The notes under the pieces were generated by a model. That model had not been told where the DNA came from. It saw only the letters and a list, made by a program, of their open reading frames with translations, and did not search any database. From assembly GCA_963830305.1 (NCBI GenBank), contig CAWHLW010000009.1, forward strand, positions 229,128 through 293,127: 64,000 bases of DNA. The letters are read 5' to 3'. Of this stretch, positions 1-9,718 are shown one piece after another (position 1 is the stretch's first letter; each line of letters starts with the position of its first letter). The position numbers and the translations under genes were made by a program. Origin of the DNA: Candidatus Dormiibacterota bacterium (GTDB taxonomy: Bacteria; Chloroflexota; Dormibacteria; Aeolococcales; Aeolococcaceae).

Positions 1-317
1 TAGACGACGTTGTCGAGCCGGCGCTCGAGCTGCTGGAGCAGCACGGTGCCGGTGACGCCATCGGCGCCTTCGGCGCGCTCGAAGTAGTGCCGGAACTGGG
101 TCTCGAGAACGCCGTAGATGCGCTTCGCCTTCTGCTTGGCGCGGAGCTGGATGCCATAGTCACTCGCCTTGCGGCGGCGTGCGAGACCGTGCTGTCCAGG
201 CAGCAGCCCACTGCGCTTGTCGAAGGTGCAGTTGGTGACGCACTTGGCGCCCTTGAGGTAGAGCTTCGCGCCCTCACGGCGGCAGAGACGGCAGACAGGA
301 CCCGCTTGATTGGCCAT
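1..317 (-). CDS. rpsD: 30S ribosomal protein S4, N-terminal part (gene continues past the left edge)
   Basis: Not in the ORF track because it is edge-truncated. My translation of the minus strand from ATG at 317 gives [82 protein letters not shown]... This is S4-like and sits in the expected position after rpsK. Confidence 0.85.
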   Translation of the reverse strand, partial: MANQAGPVCRLCRREGAKLYLKGAKCVTNCTFDKRSGLLPGQHGLARRRKASDYGIQLRAKQKAKRIYGVLETQFRHYFERAEGADGVTGTVLLQQLERRLDNVV

Positions 318-325
318 CGAATCCC

Positions 326-721
326 CTAGACCCGGCGCCGCTTGGGCGGGCGGCAACCGTTGTGGGGAATCGGGGTGACATCGGAGATCGCGCTGACGTC
401 AAGCCCGCTTGCCTGGAGGCTTCGAATCGCGGCCTCTCGGCCGGCGCCCGGGCCCTTCACGAAGATCTCGATCGATTTCAACCCGTGCTCCATGGCCCGG
501 CGGGCGGCCGCTTCCGCGGTGACCTGCGCAGCAAATGGGGTGCTCTTGCGCGAGCCCTTGAACCCCTGCGCACCGGCCGATCCCCAGGCGATGACGTTGC
601 CATCGGGATCGGTGAGGCTGACGATGGTGTTGTTGAATGTCGCCAGCACGTGCGCCTGCCCGACGGCGATGTTCTTGCGCTCGCGGCGCCGGGTTCGGAC
701 GACCTTCTTCTTCTTGGCCAC
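326..721 (-). CDS. rpsK: 30S ribosomal protein S11
   Basis: 131-aa ORF with ...[46 protein letters not shown]...; alpha-operon synteny. Confidence 0.95.
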   Translation of the reverse strand: MAKKKKVVRTRRRERKNIAVGQAHVLATFNNTIVSLTDPDGNVIAWGSAGAQGFKGSRKSTPFAAQVTAEAAARRAMEHGLKSIEIFVKGPGAGREAAIRSLQASGLDVSAISDVTPIPHNGCRPPKRRRV

Positions 722-724
722 GGC

Positions 725-1111
725 TTACTTCGTCGCCTTCTTGCGGCGCACGCCCACCGTCTTCTTGGGTCCACGGCGGGTGCGGGCATTGGTGCGGGTG
801 CGCTGGCCGCGAACCGGGAGGCCGCGACGGTGGCGGAGACCGCGGTACGTGCCGATCTCGGTCAGCCGCTTGATGTTGAGGGCGATCTGACGGCGGAGAT
901 CACCTTCCACCCTGCCCTGCAGCTGCTTGGCGATGACGTCGCGCAGCTTGCCGACCTGGGCATCGCTCAGGTCCTTGGTGCGGGTATCGGCAGGAACACC
1001 GGCGAGCGAGAGCATTCGCTTTGCGGTGGTGGGGCCAATCCCATAGATATAGGTGAGGGCGATCTCGATCCGCTTGTCACGAGGGACATCAACGCCGGCA
1101 ATACGTGCCAC
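725..1111 (-). CDS. rpsM: 30S ribosomal protein S13
   Basis: 128-aa [34 protein letters not shown]...; synteny rpmJ-rpsM-rpsK. Confidence 0.95.
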   Translation of the reverse strand: MARIAGVDVPRDKRIEIALTYIYGIGPTTAKRMLSLAGVPADTRTKDLSDAQVGKLRDVIAKQLQGRVEGDLRRQIALNIKRLTEIGTYRGLRHRRGLPVRGQRTRTNARTRRGPKKTVGVRRKKATK

Positions 1112-1120
1112 TGCGCGCCG

Positions 1121-1234
1121 TTACCCCTGCCGCTGCTTGTGTTTCGGGTTCTCACAGATCACCCTCACAGCGCCGTGGCGCTTGATGACCTTGCAGTGCT
1201 CGCAGAGGCGCTTGACCGATGCTCTGACCTTCAT
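1121..1234 (-). CDS. rpmJ: 50S ribosomal protein L36
   Basis: Last 37 aa of the 79-aa ORF 1121..1360: [37 protein letters not shown] (zinc-binding Cys/His L36). ATG at 1234. Confidence 0.9.
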   Translation of the reverse strand: MKVRASVKRLCEHCKVIKRHGAVRVICENPKHKQRQG

Positions 1235-1379
1235 CCTGGTAACGAATTCCTCATGGTTGGCGGCGTAGGGAGCCGATGGCGAATGCTCGATGCGTCCCGG
1301 GGCGATCCGTGACGCTGGTGCCGGCGGTACCCCGTTGCGTGCGCGCCGAACCAGGCTCATGCGAGAGCCCGAGGAAGTG

Positions 1380-1409
1380 AGTATAAACCGCGCCTCGTCC
1401 AGCAGGCAA
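1380..1409 (-). promoter_or_regulatory. Candidate sigma70-type promoter for rpmJ-rpsM-rpsK-rpsD
   Basis: Minus strand reads TTGCCT-N18-TATACT (1409..1404 and 1385..1380) inside the 186-nt map/rpmJ spacer. It would give a leader of about 140 nt. Confidence 0.3.
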
Positions 1410-1420
1410 ATCGGCGGAAC

Positions 1421-2218
1421 TCACGACTGCACGTCGGCGAGGACGGGATCCGGCCGCAGGGTCAGCACCTCGGGCCCGGAATCGGTGATCGCGATGGTGT
1501 GTTCGAAGTAGCAGGAGAGCTTGGCGTCGATGGTCACCACGGTCCAATCGTCGTCGAGGACCCGCGTCTCCGGACGGCCAACATTGACCATCGGCTCGAT
1601 CGCGATGACGAAGCCGGGCTTGATGAGGTTGCCGGTGCCGGGCTTGCCGTAGTTGGGCACCTGGGGGAGCTCGTGCATGTCGCGGCCGATGCCGTGACCG
1701 ACGTACTGGCGCACCACCGAGTACCCCCTGGCTTCGACGAAGCCCTGGACGGCGGCGCCGATGTCCCCGATGTGGTTGCCGGGTCTGGCCGCGGCGATGC
1801 CGAGATCAAGGGCCTCGCGGGTGGTGTCGATCAGGCGCTGCACCTCGGGTGACGCCTCACCGCACGCGACGGAGAGCCCGCTGTCGGCCCACCAGCCGTC
1901 GAGGATCAGCCCGCAGTCCAACGACACGAGATCGCCGTCGTTGATGACCTGCGGGCCGGGGATGCCATGGACGACCTGGTCGTTGATGGAGACGCAGAGC
2001 GAGTTGGGGAACCCGTCGAAGCCGAGGAAGCCGGGAATGCAGTGGTGATCCCGAATGAAGGTCTCTGCCTCGCGGTCGAGATCGAGGGTGGTCATCCCGG
2101 CCCGCACCGAGCTTGCGAGCTGGGCGAGGCACGCCCCGAGGATCCTCCCCGAGACGCGCATCTTCTCGATCTCATCAGGCCGCTTGAGACGGAAGCTTTC
2201 GATGCCGTGGGTGCTCAT
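1421..2218 (-). CDS. map: Methionine aminopeptidase type I
   Basis: 265-aa ORF with ...HGIPGPQVINDGDLVSLDCG...VGHGIGRDMHE...IAIEPM...EHTIAIT. ATGA overlap with the adk stop. Confidence 0.95.
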   Translation of the reverse strand: MSTHGIESFRLKRPDEIEKMRVSGRILGACLAQLASSVRAGMTTLDLDREAETFIRDHHCIPGFLGFDGFPNSLCVSINDQVVHGIPGPQVINDGDLVSLDCGLILDGWWADSGLSVACGEASPEVQRLIDTTREALDLGIAAARPGNHIGDIGAAVQGFVEARGYSVVRQYVGHGIGRDMHELPQVPNYGKPGTGNLIKPGFVIAIEPMVNVGRPETRVLDDDWTVVTIDAKLSCYFEHTIAITDSGPEVLTLRPDPVLADVQS

Positions 2219-2805
2219 GCGGACCTCACCGCCACACCGTCGTGGCTGAGCGCCTGGGTGATCCGTTCGGTGATCGCGTCGATGTCACCGACGCCGTTGA
2301 TCGCCGCGATCCGCGTACCGGCGTCACGGTAGTGCTCGAGCACCGGGGCCGTGTCCTGGCGGTAGACGATCAGGCGCTGGGCAAGCCCCTCGGCCGTGTC
2401 GTCGCTGCGCCCCTCGGTGGTTGCCCGCTTGAGGATCCGCGTCTTGAGCTCGTCGTCGGGAACCTCGAGCGAGACCACCCAGGCAACACGGTCGTTGCGG
2501 GCGGCCAGCATGGCGTCGAGGGCGACCGCCTGGGGCACGGTGCGAGGGAAGCCGTCGAGGAGGACGCCACCGGCGGCGTCTGGTTGGTCGAGCCGGCTCT
2601 CGATCATCCGGACGACGAGATCGTCGGGAACGAGGTCACCGGCGTCCATGATGGGCTTGGCTTCGCGGCCGAGCGCCGTGTTGCGAGCCACCTCGTCGCG
2701 GAGCATGTCTCCCGCGGCGACGTGGGGGATGCCGAGACGCACCGCAACCCGAGACGCCTGGGTCCCCTTGCCGCTTCCCGGCGGTCCGAACATCAAGGCG
2801 ATCAT
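2215..2805 (-). CDS. adk: Adenylate kinase (short-lid form)
   Basis: C-terminal 196 aa of ORF 2215..3225: MIALMFGPPGSGKGTQASRVAVRLGIPHVAAGDMLR...LLDGFPRTVPQA... ATG at 2805 overlaps the secY stop (ATGA). Confidence 0.92.
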   Translation of the reverse strand: MIALMFGPPGSGKGTQASRVAVRLGIPHVAAGDMLRDEVARNTALGREAKPIMDAGDLVPDDLVVRMIESRLDQPDAAGGVLLDGFPRTVPQAVALDAMLAARNDRVAWVVSLEVPDDELKTRILKRATTEGRSDDTAEGLAQRLIVYRQDTAPVLEHYRDAGTRIAAINGVGDIDAITERITQALSHDGVAVRSA

Positions 2806-4139
2806 TTGATGAACCCCTTGTACTGGCGCATCAGCAACTGGGTCTCGATCTGCTTCATCGTATCGAGAGCAACGCCGACCACGATGAGGATCGCCGTGCC
2901 GCCGAGGTAGAGGCTCGTCGACGGGACTCCCGTGAGCACGGCGGTGAGCAGCGGCAGCACCACGGTGATGAGCGCCAGGAAGAGTGCGCCGGCCAGCGTG
3001 ATCCGGCCCATGACCTTGCCGAGGTACTCGGCGGTGCTCCTCCCGGGACGGATGCCCGGAATGAACGTCGACTGCTTCTTGAGATTGTCGGCGACGTCCA
3101 CGGGATCGAACACGATGGCCGTGTAGAAGTACGTGAACCCCATCACGAGCAGGAAGTAGATGGCGTTGTACACCACGTTCAGGAAGATGTTGCCCCCGGT
3201 CGCCTGCCAGTTGGTGGTGATCCACGTGGAGACGTTCAATGTCCAGCCGGAGCTGCTCTGGAACAGGTTGGCGAAGATGGTCGGGAACGTCATGATCGAG
3301 ATCGCGAAGATGATCGGGATGACGCCCGCGGCGTTAACTCGGAGTGGTAAGAAGTTGCGGCGTCCCTGAGACGCCTGACCGGTTCGCACGTTGAGCACTC
3401 GTTGCGCTGATTGCACCGGGATCTTTCGTTGGGCCTGCTGCACCTCGATGACGCCGGCGGTGACGGCAACGGCGATCAGTGCCATCACGACGATCTGCAC
3501 AATGTGGGCGGTGCCGCCGGTGCCACCGTAGCCAACGATGGCAGCTGGAAGCCTCCCGATGATGCCGACGAAGATGATCAATGACACACCGTTGCCGACG
3601 CCGTACTCGGTGATCAGCTCACCAAGCCACATCGCGATGATCGTGCCCGCGGTGAGGGTGAGGATGATGCTGATCTCAGTCGCCGGGGTGGGATTGGAGA
3701 TGACTGCACCAGCACCGTTGGTGACCGCGGGATTGGTGAAGAGTGCGAGGTATCCAAACGCTTGGAGCATGGCCAGCGGCACGGTGAGCCATCGCGTGTA
3801 GCGGGTGATCTTCTTGCGACCGATCTCGCCTTCCTTGCTCAGCTCCTTGAGCCGGACGGAGACAACCGTCATGAGCTGCATGATGATCGTGGCGTTGATG
3901 TAAGGGTTCAGTCCCAGTGCCACAAGCGTGAAGCGCTGCAGGCCGCCACCGCTGAAGAGGTTGAGCAGCCCGAGCAGCGTGTTGCCCGAGAAGAGAGCGT
4001 TGAGCGCTGCCGGATTCGTCCCGGGGATGGTGATTGCCGCGAGGACCCGGAACACGGCCAGCAACCCGAGCGTGAAGAGCAGCTTGCGCCGCAGCTCCGG
4101 GATTCGGATCGCCTGACCGAGCGCCTCGAGGAGGTTCAC
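2802..4139 (-). CDS. secY: Preprotein translocase subunit SecY
   Basis: 445-aa polytopic ORF ...LLFTLGLLAVFRVLAAITIPG...LFSGGGLQRFTLVALGLNPYINATIIMQL...; spc-operon position. Confidence 0.95.
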   Translation of the reverse strand: MNLLEALGQAIRIPELRRKLLFTLGLLAVFRVLAAITIPGTNPAALNALFSGNTLLGLLNLFSGGGLQRFTLVALGLNPYINATIIMQLMTVVSVRLKELSKEGEIGRKKITRYTRWLTVPLAMLQAFGYLALFTNPAVTNGAGAVISNPTPATEISIILTLTAGTIIAMWLGELITEYGVGNGVSLIIFVGIIGRLPAAIVGYGGTGGTAHIVQIVVMALIAVAVTAGVIEVQQAQRKIPVQSAQRVLNVRTGQASQGRRNFLPLRVNAAGVIPIIFAISIMTFPTIFANLFQSSSGWTLNVSTWITTNWQATGGNIFLNVVYNAIYFLLVMGFTYFYTAIVFDPVDVADNLKKQSTFIPGIRPGRSTAEYLGKVMGRITLAGALFLALITVVLPLLTAVLTGVPSTSLYLGGTAILIVVGVALDTMKQIETQLLMRQYKGFIK

Positions 4140-4879
4140 TCCTGGTCCTCGGTCTCCGCCTCGATGTCCTGTGCTTCGTCCTGCTCGACGTCGGGAGCCG
4201 CAGCGGTCTCCGCTTTGGGTGGCCTGTTCTTCCCGCCGCGCTCGCCTCGTGCCGGCTTGGCCTGCGGCGTCGCGTCGGAGGCTGCGCCCTTGGCACCTTT
4301 CTTGCGATCCGGTTTGACGACCGGTTCACTCGGGGTGGCCGGGCGGCTCAGCAATTCCGCACGCGCGACCACGGCGTCGGCCCTGCGCCGTTCGCGTTTG
4401 CCGACGGGTTCCGCACCCTCGGCCGCGGGCTGAGCGCCAAGCAGCTCCACAGAGCCGCCGGCGGATTCAACAGCGGTGCGCGCGGCGGCCGAGATCCGGT
4501 GCACGCGCAGGGTCAGCGCGTGGCCGAGGTGACCCGCTGCCAGCACCTTCACGGACGAGGAGACGCGCGGGATCAGCCCGGATTCCGCGAGCACGTCCGG
4601 GTCGACGACGGTGTCCTTCTCGAAGCGCACGAGCTTGCCGAGATTCACCACGACGTATTCGTGACGCCAGCGATTGTGGAATCCGCGCTGCTTGGGAAGC
4701 CGCTGTTTGAGCGGCATCTGGCCACCCTCGAAACCGGCCGGCAACCCCACGCTCGAGCGCGAGCCCTGGCCCTTCTGGCCGCGACCGCTGGTCTTGCCCT
4801 GCCCGGCACCCTGGCCGCGACCAACGCGCTTGCGCGGCCGGCGGCTGCCCTTGGCGGGGCTCAGCTCATGAAGCTTCAC
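4136..4879 (-). CDS. rplO: 50S ribosomal protein L15 with ~100-aa low-complexity C-terminal tail
   Basis: In-frame GTG at 4879 (GTGA overlap with the rpmD stop) gives [42 protein letters not shown]... (L15). The upstream part of the 415-aa ORF is non-coding shadow. Confidence 0.88.
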   Translation of the reverse strand: MKLHELSPAKGSRRPRKRVGRGQGAGQGKTSGRGQKGQGSRSSVGLPAGFEGGQMPLKQRLPKQRGFHNRWRHEYVVVNLGKLVRFEKDTVVDPDVLAESGLIPRVSSSVKVLAAGHLGHALTLRVHRISAAARTAVESAGGSVELLGAQPAAEGAEPVGKRERRRADAVVARAELLSRPATPSEPVVKPDRKKGAKGAASDATPQAKPARGERGGKNRPPKAETAAAPDVEQDEAQDIEAETEDQE

Positions 4880-5121
4880 GCCGCGTTCTCCGATTCCGCT
4901 GCGAGCACCTGGAGGAGCGCGACGCCCGCCGGGGAATCCGCCGGCTCGCCGTTGACCGCGACCAGGTGGCGAACCTTGTGGACCATGCCTCGAATCGACG
5001 GCGTGGCCTCGTGCTCGACGGTGTGATTGAGCTTGCGCAGGCCGAGGGCCGCGAGGGTGGCCTTCTGGTCCCACGCGTAGCCGATGGCGCTCTTGCGGTA
5101 GGTGACTTTCACCGTGCTCAT
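4876..5121 (-). CDS. rpmD: 50S ribosomal protein L30
   Basis: 81-aa [57 protein letters not shown]...; synteny rpsE-rpmD-rplO. Confidence 0.9.
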   Translation of the reverse strand: MSTVKVTYRKSAIGYAWDQKATLAALGLRKLNHTVEHEATPSIRGMVHKVRHLVAVNGEPADSPAGVALLQVLAAESENAA

Positions 5122-5705
5122 GGCAGGACCTCGACGGCTGGGACCTCGGGCGCGGCCGGGGTGCGGCCGAGCATGCGATCCGCCATCTTGCGGCTGCCGA
5201 CGATCTGCTCCGGGGTCCGGCCGCGAAGCTCGGCGACCGACGCCAGCGTCCGCAGGCTGGCAAGCGCGGAGACCGTCGCGCGGACCACGTTGATCGGATT
5301 GTCGGTGCCCAGGCTCTTGGTGAGGATGTCCTTGATGCCGGCGGCCTCGACCACGGCACGCATCGAGCTTCCGCTGATGACACCGGTACCCGGCACGCCG
5401 GGCTTGAGCATCACCTTGGCGGCGCCGAGCTTGTATCGGACCTCGTGCGGGATGGTCGTTCCGACCATCGGCACGCTGATCATGTGTTTCTTGGCGTCGT
5501 CCACGCCCTTGCGGATCGCGTCCGGCACCTCGCCCGCCTTGCCGAGACCCGCCCCGACGCGGCCTTTGCCGTCACCGACGACGACGAGCGCGCTGAACGA
5601 GAAGCGACGCCCGCCCTTGACCACTTTCGCAACCCGGTTGAGGGAGACGATCTTCTCCTGAAACTCGCTGCCGCGATCATCGCGGCGATCCATGCGCATG
5701 CCCAT
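5118..5705 (-). CDS. rpsE: 30S ribosomal protein S5
   Basis: 195-aa ORF ...[51 protein letters not shown]... Confidence 0.95.
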   Translation of the reverse strand: MGMRMDRRDDRGSEFQEKIVSLNRVAKVVKGGRRFSFSALVVVGDGKGRVGAGLGKAGEVPDAIRKGVDDAKKHMISVPMVGTTIPHEVRYKLGAAKVMLKPGVPGTGVISGSSMRAVVEAAGIKDILTKSLGTDNPINVVRATVSALASLRTLASVAELRGRTPEQIVGSRKMADRMLGRTPAAPEVPAVEVLP

Positions 5706-6080
5706 CTAGAACTTCAACCCGCCCTCGCGGGCTGCCTCGGCGAGCGCCTTGACCCGGCCATGGAAGAGGTAGCCGGCGCGGTCGAACACGACGGTGTCGA
5801 CACCGGCCGCCTTGGCGCGCTCGGAGATGGTCTTGCCGATGGCGGTGGCGCCGGCCGTGGTGCATGCGTTGGCATCACCGAGAACCGCGCGGAGCGCGGG
5901 CTCGGTGGTCGACGCGGCCACCAGGGTGCGTCCGTTCTCGTCATCGACGAGCTGCGCGCCGATGTGCCGGAGGCTGCGGAACACCGCGAGCCGTGGACGC
6001 GCGGCCGTTCCGTTCACGTGCTTGCGCACGCGGCGGTGGCGTCGCGCGCGGGCGGCGCGTCGATCGTGCTTGGTGAACAT
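5706..6080 (-). CDS. rplR: 50S ribosomal protein L18
   Basis: 124-aa ORF ...[31 protein letters not shown]...[26 protein letters not shown]. Confidence 0.95.
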   Translation of the reverse strand: MFTKHDRRAARARRHRRVRKHVNGTAARPRLAVFRSLRHIGAQLVDDENGRTLVAASTTEPALRAVLGDANACTTAGATAIGKTISERAKAAGVDTVVFDRAGYLFHGRVKALAEAAREGGLKF

Positions 6081-6125
6081 CTTCAGCCTTCTACTTTCTT
6101 GATTCGTTCTGGTGACTTGATCCGG

Positions 6126-6680
6126 TTACTTGGTCTTGCCCGCCTTGCCGGACTTGCCGGCCTTGCGGCGGAGCTTCTCGCCCCGATACAGGATGCCCTT
6201 CCCCTTGTAGGGCTCAGGCTTGCGGAAGGATCGAATCTTCGCAGCAACCTGCCCGACGACCTCCTTGTCCGTGCCGCTCACCGAGATCTGGGTGGGTGCA
6301 GGAACCTCGATGTTGATCCCCTCAGGCGGGGTGTACCGGATCGGGTGCGAATACCCGAGGGTCAGGATCAGGTCGCCACCCTGGCGAGCGGCGCGGAAGC
6401 CGACCCCGACCAGGTCGAGGTCGCGGGTGAAGCCGGCGCTCACCCCCTGGACCATGTTGGCGACGAGCGTCCGTGTCAGTCCGTGCAGCGAGCGATGGAT
6501 GCGCGCGTCCGAGGGGCGGTTGACCGTGATCACTCCAGTCTCGACGTTGATGAGCATGGACGGCGCGAAGGTGCGCTCGAGCGTTCCGCGCGAACCGGTG
6601 ACGCTGAGGCGGTTGCCCTTCTCGAGGGCGACCTCAACCCCATCGGGGACGGGGATCGGAAGCTTGCCAATGCGCGACAT
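6126..6680 (-). CDS. rplF: 50S ribosomal protein L6
   Basis: 184-aa ORF MSRIGKLPIPVPDGVEVALEKGNRLSVTGSRGTLERTF...GYSHPIRYTPPEGI... Confidence 0.95.
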   Translation of the reverse strand: MSRIGKLPIPVPDGVEVALEKGNRLSVTGSRGTLERTFAPSMLINVETGVITVNRPSDARIHRSLHGLTRTLVANMVQGVSAGFTRDLDLVGVGFRAARQGGDLILTLGYSHPIRYTPPEGINIEVPAPTQISVSGTDKEVVGQVAAKIRSFRKPEPYKGKGILYRGEKLRRKAGKSGKAGKTK

Positions 6681-6690
6681 CAGACGCGAC

Positions 6691-7086
6691 CTACCACACG
6701 AACGCGACGACTTCGCCGCCTAATCCCGCGCGCTGCGCGGCCCGCCCGGTCATCAAGCCGCGCGACGTGGAGATGATTGCAACGCCGAGGCCGCCGAGAA
6801 CCCGAGGGATCTCGGATTTGCGCGCATACACACGCAGCCCGGGGCGGCTGATCCGCCGCAAACCGGAGAGCGCGCGACCGCGCGGGCTTCCCGGTTTGAG
6901 CGTGACCGTGAGCACCTGCATCGGCGCCTCACCGGAAACCTCGTATCCGTCGACGAAGCCTTCCTCGGTGAGCACGCGCGCGATCTCGACCTTCATCTTC
7001 GACACCGGGATCTCCACGGTGCGGTGATGGGCCTGGTTGGCGTTGCGGATGCGGGTCAGCATGTCCGCGATGCTGTCACTGGTCAT
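6691..7086 (-). CDS. rpsH: 30S ribosomal protein S8
   Basis: 131-aa [35 protein letters not shown]...[27 protein letters not shown]. Confidence 0.95.
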   Translation of the reverse strand: MTSDSIADMLTRIRNANQAHHRTVEIPVSKMKVEIARVLTEEGFVDGYEVSGEAPMQVLTVTLKPGSPRGRALSGLRRISRPGLRVYARKSEIPRVLGGLGVAIISTSRGLMTGRAAQRAGLGGEVVAFVW

Positions 7087-7089
7087 GGA

Positions 7090-7275
7090 TCACCACGAGC
7101 TCTTCTGGACGCCAGGTATCTGTCCGATGCTGGCGAGTTGGCGGAAACAGATCCGGCACATGCCGAACTTGCGCATGTAGGCACGCGGGCGACCGCAGAC
7201 ACCGCAGCGATGGTGCGCCTGCGTGGAGTACCGGGCGGGCCGGTTGGCCTTGGCGATCAGGGACTTCTTTGCCAT
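7090..7275 (-). CDS. rpsZ: 30S ribosomal protein S14 type Z (zinc-binding)
   Basis: 61-aa ORF with CGVCGRP...CRICFR (CxxC...CxxC). Confidence 0.93.
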   Translation of the reverse strand: MAKKSLIAKANRPARYSTQAHHRCGVCGRPRAYMRKFGMCRICFRQLASIGQIPGVQKSSW

Positions 7276-7841
7276 CAGCTCTTCCTGAAGGGCATGCCGA
7301 GCCCGGTGAGCAGTGAGCGGCCTTCCGCGTCGGTGCGTGCGGTGGTCACGATGCAGACCTCGAGCCCGCGAAGCTTGTCGATCTTGTCGTAGTCGATCTC
7401 CGGAAAGACGAGTTGCTCGCGCAACCCGAGGGTGTAGTTGCCATGGCCGTCGAACGCTTTGGGGTCGACGCCGCGGAAGTCTCGAATGCGCGGGAGGGCG
7501 ACATTGAGCAGCTTGTCGAGAAAGTCGAACATGCGCCGCCCTCGCAGCGTCACTTTGACACCGATGGGCATTCCCTCGCGTAGCTTGAACGCCGCCACCG
7601 ACTTCTTCGCGCGGATGACGATCGGCGCTTGCCCGGTGATCAACTTGAGGTCGGCGATGGCAGCGTCGATGGCGCGCGCGTTGGTGATCGCCTCACCGAG
7701 ACCGATGTTGATGACCACCTTCTCAATGGACGGCACCTGCATGGCGTTGAGGTAGCGGAACTCGGCAACCAGCGACGGCACGATCTCGTCGATGTAGCGG
7801 CGATGCATGCGGGGCAGCTCGGCGACGGTCTGGACGGCCAT
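7275..7841 (-). CDS. rplE: 50S ribosomal protein L5
   Basis: Internal ATG at 7841 shares one base with the rplX TGA stop. It gives [51 protein letters not shown]... Confidence 0.9.
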   Translation of the reverse strand: MAVQTVAELPRMHRRYIDEIVPSLVAEFRYLNAMQVPSIEKVVINIGLGEAITNARAIDAAIADLKLITGQAPIVIRAKKSVAAFKLREGMPIGVKVTLRGRRMFDFLDKLLNVALPRIRDFRGVDPKAFDGHGNYTLGLREQLVFPEIDYDKIDKLRGLEVCIVTTARTDAEGRSLLTGLGMPFRKS

Positions 7842-8176
7842 CACACCTCGGCCCTGTCGTACGTCTCGCCGCACTTCTTGCACACGATCACGCGGCGGCC
7901 GAGCTCGTTGAGACCATGCGAGATCCGCGTGGGCTTGTCACAGCGGTTGCAGACGAGCATGACGTTGCTGTACGCGACCGGTCCGTCGAAGTCGACGATG
8001 CCGCCCTGGATGTTGCCTTGCACGCCCGACTTGGTGTGACGCTTGAGCAGGTTCACGCCCTGCACGGCAACGCGCTGCTGCTCAGGGAGCAGACGCTCCA
8101 CAACGCCGCGCTTGCCCTTGTCCTTGCCGCTGATGACGACGACGTTGTCACCCTTGCGGATGTCGAGTGGACGCAG
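7841..8176 (-). CDS. rplX: 50S ribosomal protein L24 (5' end uncertain: no canonical in-frame start upstream of the KOW motif)
   Basis: ORF track starts at GTG 8101 ([17 protein letters not shown]...). My in-frame upstream translation gives ...[26 protein letters not shown], the L24 KOW motif. There is no in-frame ATG/GTG/TTG between 8102 and the rplN stop. The start is either a CTG (8176) or the out-of-frame ATG at 8243 plus an indel. Confidence 0.75.
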   Translation of the reverse strand: MRPLDIRKGDNVVVISGKDKGKRGVVERLLPEQQRVAVQGVNLLKRHTKSGVQGNIQGGIVDFDGPVAYSNVMLVCNRCDKPTRISHGLNELGRRVIVCKKCGETYDRAEV

Positions 8177-8244
8177 GTGGCCGCGTGCCCAGCCCTCATG
8201 GACCAGGGTGGCGTGGCGCCGGCGCTCGAACTCTCGTGGCCATC

Positions 8245-8613
8245 TCAGATCACCTCCGGGGCGAGGCTGACAATCTTCATGAAGTTGCGCTCGCGCAGCT
8301 CGCGTGCCACCGGGCCGAAGATGCGCGATCCGCGCGGGTTGTTCTGAGGCGTGATCAGGACGGCGGCATTCTCGTCGAAGCGGATGTTGCTGCCGTCGGG
8401 CCGCTTGTACTCCTTGGTGGTACGCACGACGACGGCACGAACCACGTCGCCCTTCTTCACCTGGGCGTTCGGCTGCGCCACCTTCACGGTGCCGATGATC
8501 ACATCGCCCACCGAGGCGTACTTGCGGTAGCTACCACCGAGCACGCGGATGCAGAGCAGCTCGCGCGCGCCGCTGTTGTCCGCCACCTTGAGCACCGATT
8601 CCTGCTGGATCAT
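8245..8613 (-). CDS. rplN: 50S ribosomal protein L14
   Basis: ATG at 8613 gives [44 protein letters not shown]... (122 aa). Confidence 0.95.
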   Translation of the reverse strand: MIQQESVLKVADNSGARELLCIRVLGGSYRKYASVGDVIIGTVKVAQPNAQVKKGDVVRAVVVRTTKEYKRPDGSNIRFDENAAVLITPQNNPRGSRIFGPVARELRERNFMKIVSLAPEVI

Positions 8614-8614
8614 G

Positions 8615-8881
8615 TCAGCGAGCCTTCTCCAGAACTTCGGCAACCCGCCAGCGGATCTCCTTGGATATCGGGCGTGTCTCGATGATCCGTACACGGTCAC
8701 CGATGCCGCAGCTCTCGTCGTCATGCACCTTGAAGCGCGTGCTATGGCGCACGACCTTTTTGTACAGGGGGTGCGGCTTGCTGATCTGCACCAGCACGAT
8801 CACGGTCTTTTCCATCTTGTCGCTCACGACGACGCCGTCGCGCACCTTGCGGCGCGGACGAGTCACCGGGGGTCGCATCAC
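8615..8881 (-). CDS. rpsQ: 30S ribosomal protein S17
   Basis: 88-aa ORF ...[44 protein letters not shown]... Confidence 0.93.
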   Translation of the reverse strand: MMRPPVTRPRRKVRDGVVVSDKMEKTVIVLVQISKPHPLYKKVVRHSTRFKVHDDESCGIGDRVRIIETRPISKEIRWRVAEVLEKAR

Positions 8882-9279
8882 TCATCGACATCCTCCTGGG
8901 CGTCGACGGTTTCCGCGACGGCCTCCTCGGGCTCCGGGGTTTCGGCGACGGGAACTGCAGCGGGAACGACGGCCGGGACCTCGAGGCGCGCCGGCTTGGC
9001 TCGAGGCGCGCGAACGGGCTTCGGCTTTGCCGCGACGGGGCGCGGTGCCGGCGTCTCGAGCAGAGCCGGACGCAGGCCGCGCTCGATCTCGATCTTCACG
9101 GTCATCGCGCGCGCGATCTCGTGACGGATCTCGCGAACCTGGCGGTGATTCTCCACCTGACCGGTCGCCTGCTGGAAGCGGACCTCGAAGAGGCGCCTGC
9201 GCTGCTTGCTCAGGTGATCGTCGAGCTCGGCCACGGTCATCCTGCGCAACTCGTGGAGCGCATCGGTCTGCTTGGTCAT
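8878..9279 (-). CDS. rpmC: 50S ribosomal protein L29 with ~65-aa Pro/Ala/Glu-rich C-terminal tail
   Basis: ATG at 9279 (ATGA overlap with the rplP stop) gives [61 protein letters not shown]... The upstream part of the 292-aa ORF is shadow. Confidence 0.88.
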   Translation of the reverse strand: MTKQTDALHELRRMTVAELDDHLSKQRRRLFEVRFQQATGQVENHRQVREIRHEIARAMTVKIEIERGLRPALLETPAPRPVAAKPKPVRAPRAKPARLEVPAVVPAAVPVAETPEPEEAVAETVDAQEDVDE

Positions 9280-9716
9280 GGCGTCACCGCCTCGAGGTCC
9301 GAACCGGTCTCCTCGCGAATGAGGAACCGCGTCTTGATCGGCAGCTTGAATGCGGCCAGGCGCATCGCCTCCTGCGCCGTCTCGCGGGTCACGCCTGCCA
9401 TCTCGAAGAGCACGCGTCCCGGCAGCACCACGGCGACCCAGCCCTCGGGCTGACCCTTGCCGCTGCCCATGCGCGTCTCCGCCGGCTTCTTGGTGAATGG
9501 GTGATCGGGAAAGACGCGGATCCAGATCTTGCCGCCGCGCTTGACGTGACGGGTCATGGCGCGCCGGGCTGCCTCGATCTGCCGGTTGGTCATCCAGCAC
9601 TGCTCGGTCGCCTGGAGCCCGTAGGTCCCGAAGTCGAGCTTGTTGCCGCGCTGGGCGGCCCCGGTCCGGCGTCCGCGGTGGAGCTTGCGATGCTTGGTTC
9701 GCTTCGGCATCAACAT
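9276..9716 (-). CDS. rplP: 50S ribosomal protein L16
   Basis: 146-aa [39 protein letters not shown]... Confidence 0.95.
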   Translation of the reverse strand: MLMPKRTKHRKLHRGRRTGAAQRGNKLDFGTYGLQATEQCWMTNRQIEAARRAMTRHVKRGGKIWIRVFPDHPFTKKPAETRMGSGKGQPEGWVAVVLPGRVLFEMAGVTRETAQEAMRLAAFKLPIKTRFLIREETGSDLEAVTP

Positions 9717-9718
9717 CG

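Noticed and set aside
87-329. 80-aa plus-strand ORF at the left edge.
   Set aside because: It is antisense to the clear rpsD N-terminus, which the ORF track misses only because the gene is truncated by the window edge.
1235-1420. A hidden infA gene in the map-rpmJ spacer.
   Set aside because: I translated the spacer on the minus strand. No IF-1-like (S1/OB-fold) sequence appears, and 186 nt is too short for the ~72-aa protein plus signals.
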